Positions 45,163 through 53,667 of a stretch of 64,000 bases of DNA are shown here, piece by piece (position 1 is the first letter of the stretch; every line of letters begins with the position of its first letter). Both the position numbers and the translations under genes were made by a program. Source of the DNA: Bacteroidales bacterium (GTDB taxonomy: Bacteria > Bacteroidota > Bacteroidia > Bacteroidales > UBA3824); contig JAZLKG010000008.1 of assembly GCA_045597465.1 (NCBI GenBank), positions 15,859 to 79,858 on the forward strand, written 5' to 3'. The notes beneath the pieces are model-generated. The model saw only the letters and a list, made by a program, of their open reading frames with translations. It did no database searches and was not told the origin of the DNA.

Positions 45163-46044
45163 TTAATTTCGCTTGTCCATGCCCCACAGAAGCTTGTTGC
45201 GGAGGGTGGAGAAGAAACTTGTATTGCTGAGTTTCAGCAACTTGAGCTGTTTTGTGGATTTTTTCAGGATAAACTCCTCCTCGAAAGGCACGCATGCCTG
45301 ACGGAAATCGAGGCTGGCCAGGAAATTGTTCTCCCTTCCCTCGGCCTTCAGGCGCAGCACATTGCCATCTCCAATGATGATGGGGCGCACCGACAGATTG
45401 TGGGGCGACACCGGGGTAAGCACGAAATTGCCGCTGCCCGGCATTATGATGGGACCTCCAGCACTCAGAGAATAGGCCGTACTGCCAGTAGGAGTGGCCA
45501 CAATAAGGCCGTCGGCCCAATATGTATTAAGAAACTCGTCGTTCAGGAACACTTTCACACTTATCATAGAGCTGGTGTTTACGCGCATTATCGTAAACTC
45601 GTTGAGCGCTATGTTGAGGTTTCCAAACCTGTTGGAAGAGCTGCTGACCTCGATAAGAGTGCGGTTTTCCACGGCTGTGCGCCCCTCCATTATCTCCGTA
45701 AGGGCGTCCTGAAGGGTGTTTTCTGATACCGACGTGAGAAACCCGAGGCGTCCGCTGTTGATGCCCACTACAGGGATATTGGCAAGCACCGCGTATGGCA
45801 CGCTCTCCAACAGAGTACCGTCGCCGCCTATGCTTATAAGAAGATCGAGGTCGTCGGGCATCTTGAAACTGTTGATGAACGTTCCGGTGATTTTGGGTGT
45901 GAAAAACAAAGTCTGCTCAATGCTCTTGAGAAACTCCTCATAGACATATATATCGCAGCTGTTGCGGTTAAGCATCTCGAATATCTTGTAGATACTCTTG
46001 TGGAAATCCGCCCCGAACTTGCGACCGAATATAGCTACCTTCAT
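45163..46044 (-). CDS. nadK: NAD kinase
   Basis: GGDGT motif (ISIGGDGTLLESV) and ATPTGSTAYSLSAGGPI. Confidence 0.93.
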   Translation of the reverse strand: MKVAIFGRKFGADFHKSIYKIFEMLNRNSCDIYVYEEFLKSIEQTLFFTPKITGTFINSFKMPDDLDLLISIGGDGTLLESVPYAVLANIPVVGINSGRLGFLTSVSENTLQDALTEIMEGRTAVENRTLIEVSSSSNRFGNLNIALNEFTIMRVNTSSMISVKVFLNDEFLNTYWADGLIVATPTGSTAYSLSAGGPIIMPGSGNFVLTPVSPHNLSVRPIIIGDGNVLRLKAEGRENNFLASLDFRQACVPFEEEFILKKSTKQLKLLKLSNTSFFSTLRNKLLWGMDKRN

Positions 46045-46076
46045 ACCCTTCGAATTAACATTGTTATAGTATAAAG

Positions 46077-46463
46077 CTATTTGGCCTGTTTGGCAACAGG
46101 TATCAGGTTGAATGGCAGGTTGATGATCTGGCTGTACTCCTCGCCAAGGGATTCCATGTCCTCATCAATCTCCTTGTAATACCAGTTTACGACAATCTCG
46201 CTGCGCTCCTTGAGTCCCTGCAACAGAAGAAGTATCTGTATCAGCTGCTTGCTGGAGGCGGTATTGAAATACTCCAGTTTCATGTCAAAGACAGTCTTGG
46301 AGTTAGGATTCTTGCCGTAATTAGAAAACCACTCCAATATTGGCGCGTAGAAATCCACGGCATCCTCTGGAAGCGACATCTGGGCAAGCTCGAATATGCC
46401 TTTGTCGGCGTCAAGCGTTACCCTTGGGGTGTCAACTGTTGGTTCTTTTATTAATGGTTCCAT
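46077..46463 (-). CDS. DUF1987 / SiaC-family regulatory protein
   Basis: 128 aa. TPRVTLDADKGIFELAQMSLPEDAVDFYAPILEW and the segment EYFNTASSKQL, which is typical of DUF1987. Confidence 0.7.
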   Translation of the reverse strand: MEPLIKEPTVDTPRVTLDADKGIFELAQMSLPEDAVDFYAPILEWFSNYGKNPNSKTVFDMKLEYFNTASSKQLIQILLLLQGLKERSEIVVNWYYKEIDEDMESLGEEYSQIINLPFNLIPVAKQAK

Positions 46464-46479
46464 ATAATTGAAAGTAAAT

Positions 46480-47607
46480 TTACTCTTGGTTAATCTTGTT
46501 AATATCCACCGTTACCATGAAAAAGTCCTTCTCGGGACTTGCATCCACCATCTGGTATTGGATAATTGTGCCGGCCTTTCGCCTAATGTCGAGGAAACCG
46601 AGTCCGGTAGACACAGGATCATTGTCGAAATTGAACAATATCTTGTTGTACTCCCTGGTGAGTTCCTTGCTGTTCATGGCGTTCACCCTGTCGATGCGCT
46701 CGGCCAATGGCTTGGAAAATTCCTTATTAATGTAGTTTCCGGCCAGGAAAGTGAACTTGTCGTCGCGCTCGCAGATGTAGAACACTCCGGCCTTCCACTC
46801 GCTGTTGTTGTCGATGTTGTCGGCATGTTTCACAATATTTTGCAAGAGCTCCACCATCACGCCATAGAGCTTTATCCTTGTAGGAGTCTCGTCCATTCCG
46901 CTCTTCAGGATCGACAGCAGCGCCAGCAGGTTCTCCTGGTTGAAATCGCCCTTGAACGACAGGTTGTAGTTGTTCTCATTAAAGTTCTCGTGCGCCTCTA
47001 TCAAATCCTGTATGGTATACACAGCACCGTCGGCAGGCTGCATACCCTCCTCGCCGCTTACTGTCGCAATCTCAGTGGTAAGATAGAAATACGAGTAAGT
47101 GTCGTCTACAGGCTTTATCATATAGTCGAGCTTGTTGCCCGATCTCTTGGCCATTTCTATAAGCCCCAGGCTTGCTCCGCCCTTCTCGGAGAGTCCGGTA
47201 AGCGTTCGCGTCTCGCGGCTAAACTCCTTCAGGCCCTCGTTGTCGAGATGGTTTATCTTCTCAAGCTTGGCTCTCAGCGGCTCCTCGTCGGCGCGCAGCA
47301 TCAGGTTTCCTGTGGCTATCACATACTTATGATGCCGCTTGTGTATCACGATGATGGCCGAGTTGCCATCGTCCTTGTCCTGGCTGTCGGCCTGATGCCT
47401 GGTTATATTCTGAAGACCTTCGCCCATGATGTAATATATCCTCGACCTCATCTTGCGTGTGTCGTCGGCTTTGGCCAAGTTGTTTTTGGCCATATCCAAG
47501 ATATCCATCACCAAACGCGGTGTTATCTCTCCCCTGTAGACATACTCCAAGTCATCCTTCTCGATGCCACTGAAGTGCCGGTATATAAAATCAAGCGATT
47601 GGTCCAT
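46480..47607 (-). CDS. tandem SiaB-like (GHKL/RsbW-type) protein-kinase-fold protein
   Basis: Two repeated modules, each with an N-box-like (EGLQNITRH / ELLQNIVKH) and a G-box-like (GGASLGLIEMAKRSG / STGLGFLDIRRKAG) motif. Confidence 0.65.
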   Translation of the reverse strand: MDQSLDFIYRHFSGIEKDDLEYVYRGEITPRLVMDILDMAKNNLAKADDTRKMRSRIYYIMGEGLQNITRHQADSQDKDDGNSAIIVIHKRHHKYVIATGNLMLRADEEPLRAKLEKINHLDNEGLKEFSRETRTLTGLSEKGGASLGLIEMAKRSGNKLDYMIKPVDDTYSYFYLTTEIATVSGEEGMQPADGAVYTIQDLIEAHENFNENNYNLSFKGDFNQENLLALLSILKSGMDETPTRIKLYGVMVELLQNIVKHADNIDNNSEWKAGVFYICERDDKFTFLAGNYINKEFSKPLAERIDRVNAMNSKELTREYNKILFNFDNDPVSTGLGFLDIRRKAGTIIQYQMVDASPEKDFFMVTVDINKINQE

Positions 47608-47661
47608 ATTATATTCGTTGTTTTTGTATAAAATAAAGTATTAAGTCCAACTCAGCAAAAA

Positions 47662-47979
47662 TCATGCCTCAGTAGGCGCGCCAAACGACAATGGCAAAGT
47701 ATTGCTGCCAGCACCTTCGGTGTTTTTTATCTTCCCGTACTGCATCTCGTACTTCTGGATATTGTCCTGAAGCGCCAGCATCAGCCTCTTGGCGTGCTCA
47801 GGTGCCATTATCACACGGTCGCGAACAGGAGCCTTGGGCATGCCGGGCAACACACTTATAAAATCCATAACAAACTCCGAGCTGGAGTGTTGAATGACAG
47901 CAAGATTGCTGTATGTGCCGCGCGCCACCTCATCGGAGAGCGTAATGTTAAGCTGACTCTTATTTTCTTCCTCAGTCAT
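47662..47979 (-). CDS. DUF3467 domain protein
   Basis: 105 aa. GTYSNLAVIQHSSSEFVMDFISVLPGMPKAPVRDRVIMAPEHAKRL matches my memory of the DUF3467 family. Confidence 0.65.
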   Translation of the reverse strand: MTEEENKSQLNITLSDEVARGTYSNLAVIQHSSSEFVMDFISVLPGMPKAPVRDRVIMAPEHAKRLMLALQDNIQKYEMQYGKIKNTEGAGSNTLPLSFGAPTEA

Positions 47980-48086
47980 TTTTTTTCACATAAATTTAGT
48001 TTATCGGAGGCAAATGTAAAAAATAATTTGATAAACTCCGCAATATTTCTGGAATTTATTTTTTATTCCTTCATTCATTTATTCTT

Positions 48087-51000
48087 TTATTCACTCACCA
48101 CCACCTCACTTCGGGTGTTGTCGCCGGTGCACTTGCGCACCAGAATCTTGGCCTCTATGCGCTCCTCAAGTTCAGGTACGTGGCTGATAATGCCCACCTT
48201 ACGGCCCTGCGAGTGGAGTTTCTCGAGCACGGATATCACAGAGTTGAGGCTGTTCTGGTCAAGGGTTCCGAAGCCCTCGTCAATGAAAAGCATCTCGCTG
48301 CCGCGTCCGCCCTGCATCATATCGCTGAGGCCGAGCGCCAATGCCAGCGACACCATAAAACTCTCGCCGCCCGAAAGCGTGGTCACTGGTCGGCAGACAT
48401 TCATCTCAAGATCCTGAACTAAGATGGCTAACGAGTCGCCGCCGCATTTCAGGCTGTACTTGTTGGTAAGGCGTTTCAGCTGCTGGTCGGCATTTTGGAG
48501 TAGGATTCTAAGTGTATGAATCTGAGCTAAGTTGCGCAGTTTCTTGCCGTCACTGCTGCCGAGTTCGCTATTGAGCCCGCCCCAGTCGTCAAAGAGTTTC
48601 TGCTTGCGCTCGCGTTCTTCTATAAGTTGCTGATACTTAGCCCTATTATCCTCCATCTGCACAATCGTGGCCGAGGCCTCTCCTATCTTGGTCTTGTATT
48701 CTGATGCTGCTGTTTTTTTATCAGTTAGCTGACCCTGCAACGCTTCGAGGCTCTCCTCGTCAGTAACGCCCGGTTTGTTGTTGGCCTTGTGATTCTCAAA
48801 ATTTGCCTCGGCATCTTTCTGCGACTGAAGGCAACGGCTAAGTCTGTCGGCCACCTCGTCTATTTCTGCCCTTAATTTCTGAATATCAGAATTTTCAGTA
48901 GCCGACAACTGCTCCACATTCTCGGCGGTAAATCCCAAGGCCTCATCCTTAGCGTTCTCCTCGGCGATTTTGTCGGAAAGTTTTTTATTGTAGCCGACGA
49001 GCAATTCCTCGTTCTCGCGCTTCTGCTTTTGGAGCATTCTGGAATTTTCAAGCACACTTGTCAACAGATTCGGCAACTGATCCAGGGTCTCAGATCCCGC
49101 AAACGGCAACGGCTCGGCGTCAGCGAAGATATTTTTCAGGTCACTGACAGCGCCGCAATTCTGCAACACGCCACGCAGACGCTCATCAGATTTCTGGAGG
49201 TCGTCAATTTTGCTTTTCAACTCCACGAAAACCTTTGCCTCGGCTTCGGTTTTCCTGAGTACTTCAGCCAACGATTCGGGATTGTTCTCGATATCTGAGA
49301 GATAGGTTTTGAGGCTTTTAAGCAAGGATTCCTGAGACTCTGTACTTGTCTTTATGTTTTTATCAACGTTCTGATACTCAGTATTCTTGATAGCAATATC
49401 GCTTTCAAGTTTAGACTTCTGGTCTTTTACAGTGAGGAAGTTTTTGTTCCTGAGGTCAAAATCGTTGCGTGCCGACTTCTGCGCATCCTCCAGCGACTTT
49501 CTCAACTTCTCCTTCTCGGTGATTTGGGATTCCTGAACTGATATTTTTTTATCAATCTCTGATATAAAAGTACTCTCATTCATTCCCGAGAAATCCTGAG
49601 AATAAATTTTGCCATAATAATCATAAATACCGTAGTAATGGACATTCAATTCCTCTATCTCAGCCGAAAGTTTCGGAATATCAATTGTTTCTAGTTTCTG
49701 AATCTGTGCAACTTTCTCGTTCAAGGCTCCCTGATACTGTGCACGCTGTGCGGAGAGTTCCTTTATCTGAGTCTCCTTCTTGCCGAGTTCCTGTTTTGTG
49801 GCCTCAAAGATTGAGTTCAAAACCACGTCGCCACTCTTCGAATACGGATGACTTGTGCTTCCACAGAGCGGACAAGCCTCTCCCTCAACGAGTTGGACAC
49901 GGAGTTCCTTCAAGTTTTTGGAGATTGAGAGTTGTTGCTGTTCAAAGAGTTGTTTCTGAGCATTGAACTGGATTTCCAACTCCTTGAGTTCGTTCTCGAT
50001 AGCCGAGTTTTTGGCGTTGATATCAGCCACGGTCTTCTTATCAGCCTCCAACTGATTCTGCAAGTTTTTCAGTTCGGGAGTTTTCTGAAGTCTCTGCTCT
50101 AAAAAGGCCTTGGCCTTTCCGAAAAATTTCCCCGATTTAGCGGTTTCGGCTCTGAGTTTTTCAAGTGCATCGTTGTCAAAATCGTTGAAAGCCTTTTCCG
50201 CCTGCTTCTTCGCAGTTTCCGAAACTGCAAGTTCAGCCTCAAGTTTCTGATATTTCTCAGAGGTTTCCTTGTGAATGGATTTCAACTGAACTGCCTTATT
50301 CTCAATATCTTTCAGAGTTTTCCTCAACTGCTCCAAATTTCTATCCACATCTATCAGATTCTTTATCAGCTGACTGATAGTCTGAATATTGTCGTAGATA
50401 TTCTGTTTTGGAAGCATCGCATCAAAATCGGCCTTCCTCAACAAAAGTTCATCAGAGTTTTTCTGGATTCTGTCCCTGAGATTGGCGTAAAGACTCAGAT
50501 ACTGACAATATTTATTATTTACATTTCTAAAATCTTTCTGTACCGAATTTAATATATTTTTGCATTTACTGATATCATTCAATACAGGACGGAACTCACG
50601 GACGGCAATCTCCATTTTGCTGAGGAGTTGTTTCTTGGGCTGAATGTTGTCGCTGTCAGCCCTGGCTTTCTCCAAATCTTTCTGCTTGGAAATGAGCGCA
50701 TTGCTGAGTTCCACAAAACGTTTGCGCCACTCGATTTTGGAGTTTATCGTCTCCAACTCCTTATCCGACTTAGCTGAATCGGTTCGCAGTTGCATCAGGA
50801 TTTTTCTCTGCTCATCAATAACATCATCAGTCACAAGTTGCTGACCTTGAATGCTTTTATTGAGCACGTCGAGTTCGTTTCTTACCGCCGAGAACTTCTC
50901 GAAAATCTTCTTGGAAATCTTCTCGTAGATATCTGTGTTAGTGAGCATTTGGAGAATGGCCGACTTATCGCCCTTCTTGGCGAAAAGAAACCTTGAGAAC

Positions 51001-51518
51001 TGATTCTGCGCCAACAAGACCGAACGGATAAATCGGTTGAAATCGAATCCAGTGAGCTCCACAATCTTCTCCTCAAACTCTTTAACCTTCTCAGTGACAG
51101 GAACAAACTCGTGGGACTCCTTGTTCCAGCTATAGAGAGTCCGCTTGATATCCTGAAGTTTTCCGTCGGCCTTCTTGTGGGCGCGGTAGGCGTACCAGTC
51201 GGCACGGTAAAGCCTGTTGTCGTCAGCCAAAAATTCCACACTGGCCAGCGACTCGGCAGTTCCCTTGCGCATAAAATTCCTGGTGTCGTGAGTCTTAATA
51301 GTGTCATCGTTCTCAAAATCATCCTGTTGCGCGTCCTTGAAACGTGGAGTATCGCCATACAAAGCCAGACAAATGGCGTCAGTAATGGTGGATTTTCCCG
51401 CCCCAGTATCGCCACAAATCAAAAACAGCGGCGAATCCTTGAGAGGCTTCTGAGTAAAATCAATCTCCGCCTCAGGCAACGAGGCCAGATTCTTTATGGT
51501 AACTTTCAGGATTTTCAT
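48087..51518 (-). CDS. sbcC: SbcC/Rad50-family exonuclease ATPase
   Basis: 1143 aa. The N-terminus MKILKVTIKNLASL...GDTGAGKSTITDAICLALYG is close to E. coli SbcC. Long coiled coils with a central zinc hook CPLCGSTSHP. Signature LSGGESFMVSLALAL and Walker B MLFIDEGFGTLD. Confidence 0.9.
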   Translation of the reverse strand: MKILKVTIKNLASLPEAEIDFTQKPLKDSPLFLICGDTGAGKSTITDAICLALYGDTPRFKDAQQDDFENDDTIKTHDTRNFMRKGTAESLASVEFLADDNRLYRADWYAYRAHKKADGKLQDIKRTLYSWNKESHEFVPVTEKVKEFEEKIVELTGFDFNRFIRSVLLAQNQFSRFLFAKKGDKSAILQMLTNTDIYEKISKKIFEKFSAVRNELDVLNKSIQGQQLVTDDVIDEQRKILMQLRTDSAKSDKELETINSKIEWRKRFVELSNALISKQKDLEKARADSDNIQPKKQLLSKMEIAVREFRPVLNDISKCKNILNSVQKDFRNVNNKYCQYLSLYANLRDRIQKNSDELLLRKADFDAMLPKQNIYDNIQTISQLIKNLIDVDRNLEQLRKTLKDIENKAVQLKSIHKETSEKYQKLEAELAVSETAKKQAEKAFNDFDNDALEKLRAETAKSGKFFGKAKAFLEQRLQKTPELKNLQNQLEADKKTVADINAKNSAIENELKELEIQFNAQKQLFEQQQLSISKNLKELRVQLVEGEACPLCGSTSHPYSKSGDVVLNSIFEATKQELGKKETQIKELSAQRAQYQGALNEKVAQIQKLETIDIPKLSAEIEELNVHYYGIYDYYGKIYSQDFSGMNESTFISEIDKKISVQESQITEKEKLRKSLEDAQKSARNDFDLRNKNFLTVKDQKSKLESDIAIKNTEYQNVDKNIKTSTESQESLLKSLKTYLSDIENNPESLAEVLRKTEAEAKVFVELKSKIDDLQKSDERLRGVLQNCGAVSDLKNIFADAEPLPFAGSETLDQLPNLLTSVLENSRMLQKQKRENEELLVGYNKKLSDKIAEENAKDEALGFTAENVEQLSATENSDIQKLRAEIDEVADRLSRCLQSQKDAEANFENHKANNKPGVTDEESLEALQGQLTDKKTAASEYKTKIGEASATIVQMEDNRAKYQQLIEERERKQKLFDDWGGLNSELGSSDGKKLRNLAQIHTLRILLQNADQQLKRLTNKYSLKCGGDSLAILVQDLEMNVCRPVTTLSGGESFMVSLALALGLSDMMQGGRGSEMLFIDEGFGTLDQNSLNSVISVLEKLHSQGRKVGIISHVPELEERIEAKILVRKCTGDNTRSEVVVSE

Positions 51519-51568
51519 AATTTTGGAGGATTATTTTTCTCTTCTCCTTTCAAAATGGAGTTTCAGTT

Positions 51569-51620
51569 GCAAAAATAAAAAAACTTCCGGCAATACCGCA
51601 ATGATATTACCGAAAGTTTT
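51569..51620 (-). terminator. intrinsic terminator between the Rpn-type gene and sbcC
   Basis: Minus strand ctttcggtaata ... tattgccggaag gives a 12-bp stem with 2 G-U pairs, followed by tttttttattttt. A TATTTTTG -7 box for sbcC follows. Confidence 0.65.
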
Positions 51621-51645
51621 ATCTTTTAGATTAGACTAATATCCG

Positions 51646-52569
51646 TTACAACTCCGCAATCTCGTCAGCGGTGAGGCCGGTGTATTTTTCAATGATATCC
51701 AACGGCATATTGTCGGACTTCATCTTGCGGGCCATATCGAGTTTTTCGGCTTGCGCCTTGGCTCGTTCCTCTGCCCTACCTTTTGCCTCGCCTTCGGCAA
51801 GTCCTTCCTTACGTCCTTCGGCGAGACCTTCTTTACGTCCTTTTGCCTCGCCTTTCCTTAAAGCCGCATTATGGGCGGTCGTGTATTTGGAGACGGCATC
51901 CCAATATTGCTCATAGCCTGCTAATTGCGCAGGTGTGTAAGCGGCCTCTTCAAGGAGTTCTATGGCCTCGTTAATCTCGGGATTTGCCAAAAGTTCTGCG
52001 TCGGGATAACGGGTGTCCTCGTTAATTTCAGTCAGATACTTCAGCCACAAATCCTGAAGTTTTTTGTCGGCCTTGTTGCTTGGCCTGAATTTCGGCAACT
52101 CCACAAAAACCATATAGAACTCGTCGCGGAGTTCGTCGTTATGGTTCACGTTGGCGAAGCAATACTCCTGAATATGCTCATTAGGATAGTCAGGAAATGC
52201 GATATCGTTGATGATATTCAGCGAATAGACATTCTGTAATTTGGAATAGTCGAACCCCTTTGGAGCCTGCTTTACAAACACTTTTGAAGAGTTGTAAACC
52301 ACACGCTTGAAGAATTCGGCATACCAATACATCTGCATTTCCACAATGAACTGACGTCCTATCTGATCCTTGCACCTTACATCCACAATTGTGTCTTTCA
52401 ATGTAGGAGTCTGAGGCACAAGTTCGGCAGGAAGATACTCAACAGACTTAATCTCCACGCCCTTTGGCAAAGGCAAAAGGGAATTGAGAAGGCTGATGAC
52501 GAGGTGTGGATGCTCGCCAAAAACCCTCTTGAAAGTAAGGTCTGCACGTGGATCAAGATACTTTGCCAT
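51646..52569 (-). CDS. Rpn-family (YhgA-like) PD-(D/E)XK recombination-promoting nuclease / putative transposase
   Basis: MAKYLDPRADLTFKRVFGEHPHL N-terminus. Catalytic-core-like DVRCKD...FIVEMQ. C-terminal GRKEGLAE repeats and the tail ARKMKSDNMPLDIIEKYTGLTADEIAEL. Start trimmed from 52638. Confidence 0.8.
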   Translation of the reverse strand: MAKYLDPRADLTFKRVFGEHPHLVISLLNSLLPLPKGVEIKSVEYLPAELVPQTPTLKDTIVDVRCKDQIGRQFIVEMQMYWYAEFFKRVVYNSSKVFVKQAPKGFDYSKLQNVYSLNIINDIAFPDYPNEHIQEYCFANVNHNDELRDEFYMVFVELPKFRPSNKADKKLQDLWLKYLTEINEDTRYPDAELLANPEINEAIELLEEAAYTPAQLAGYEQYWDAVSKYTTAHNAALRKGEAKGRKEGLAEGRKEGLAEGEAKGRAEERAKAQAEKLDMARKMKSDNMPLDIIEKYTGLTADEIAEL

Positions 52570-52611
52570 TTTTACGCCATTTTTGATTGTGGATTTTCTG
52601 AGGCAAAGATA
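52570..52611 (-). promoter_or_regulatory. -7 box TATCTTTG (reverse complement of 52604-52611) and conserved 5' UTR, duplicated at 53564-53605
   Basis: CATTTTTGATTGTGGATTTTCTGAG-GCAAAGATAAG versus CATTTTTGATTGTTGATTTTCAGCTGCAAAGATAAG. Confidence 0.6.
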
Positions 52612-52640
52612 AGATTTTTTTCCGATAATGCAAAACAAAA

Positions 52641-52692
52641 AACCGTGAATTCCACAGAATTGATTTCCGAAGAATTCACGGTTTTATTTTTT
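52641..52692 (-). terminator. bidirectional-type intrinsic terminator after the upstream PDDEXK gene
   Basis: ccgtgaattc ... gaattcacgg 10-bp stem flanked by A- and T-runs. Confidence 0.75.
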
Positions 52693-52693
52693 G

Positions 52694-53563
52694 TTAAATA
52701 TTCTCTATTTCCTCGGCGGTAAGGCCGGTGAGCTCAACGATATCCTCAATTGGGAAATTCTTGGCTTTCATCTTGCGGGCGGTCTCGAGTTTTTCGGCAG
52801 AACGGCCTTTCTTCTCACCCTCCACAAGCCCCTCGAAACGGCTGGAGGCTATTACGCTGTTGGCGTAGCGGAGATTTTCCATATACCTGCGGTAGGCGGC
52901 ACGCTCCTCCTCACTCATCTTCTCGTACTGAAGTTTGGCGCGGGCCTGAGCCAAGCCCTGTGCAGTGAAGCGGTCATCTATCTCGCCCGATTTCAGGAAA
53001 GAAATCCACTCGTCGAGGCTGTCCTTGGCAAGGTCGTCGAACTTGTCAACCCTTAGTAAATAATACTCAGGAAAAACCTCCTCAACATTATTTATCTTGA
53101 AAAGTTTCTTCTGCTGCTTGGAGAGGTTCAGCAAGGTTTGGTCGTGAAGTCCCTTGAAACTTGTAACGCCTTTATATACATAGTCGGAACCTTGTCCTAA
53201 GCTGAAATACACAATGTTTATGGAATAGACTTTCTTGATTTCAGCATACTTCTGACCCAGGTCAATGTATTCAGAAATGGTCTTGGAAGTACCATATAGC
53301 ATTCGGTGGAAGTAGTCTAACTGGCGGTCGTTCTGAACCTCGATGAGCACTATCTCGCCGTCCTCGTCTTCCACAAGCATATCCACACGGTTGAACTTGT
53401 CGTCCTCGTAATCCTGATTGCCCTCCGACTCCAGAATCCTGTTGATTTTCATCTGGCGACCAAGGAGCACACTGAAGAAGCCCTCAAGAACATCGAAGTT
53501 TGCCTTGTTCCTGAGAAGTTTCTTTATAGCCCAGTCGAATCTTACAAGTTGCTGAATTGCCAT
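52694..53563 (-). CDS. PD-(D/E)XK nuclease family transposase-like protein (PDDEXK_2 / Rpn-related)
   Basis: MAIQQLVRFDWAIKKLLRNKANFDVLEGF N-terminus. Core VDMLVEDEDGEIVLIEVQ. The C-terminal tail ARKMKAKNFPIEDIVELTGLTAEEIENI is shared with the neighbouring gene. Confidence 0.8.
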   Translation of the reverse strand: MAIQQLVRFDWAIKKLLRNKANFDVLEGFFSVLLGRQMKINRILESEGNQDYEDDKFNRVDMLVEDEDGEIVLIEVQNDRQLDYFHRMLYGTSKTISEYIDLGQKYAEIKKVYSINIVYFSLGQGSDYVYKGVTSFKGLHDQTLLNLSKQQKKLFKINNVEEVFPEYYLLRVDKFDDLAKDSLDEWISFLKSGEIDDRFTAQGLAQARAKLQYEKMSEEERAAYRRYMENLRYANSVIASSRFEGLVEGEKKGRSAEKLETARKMKAKNFPIEDIVELTGLTAEEIENI

Positions 53564-53605
53564 ATTTATAGCATTTTTGATTGTTGATTTTCAGCTGCAA
53601 AGATA
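53564..53605 (-). promoter_or_regulatory. -7 box TATCTTTG (reverse complement of 53598-53605) and conserved 5' UTR (second copy)
   Basis: See 52570-52611. Confidence 0.6.
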
Positions 53606-53667
53606 AGGAATTTCTCTCGAAAAAACCAACAAAAATATAATTCGGATTTCGTAATTCGTAATTTTTC

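Noticed and set aside
47980-48086. A degenerate half-copy of the palindromic element near the sbcC stop (ttattccttcattcatttattcttttattc).
   Set aside because: It has only loose ATTCTTT-like similarity, no TTATCCG terminus and no partner arm. Part of it is the sbcC coding end.
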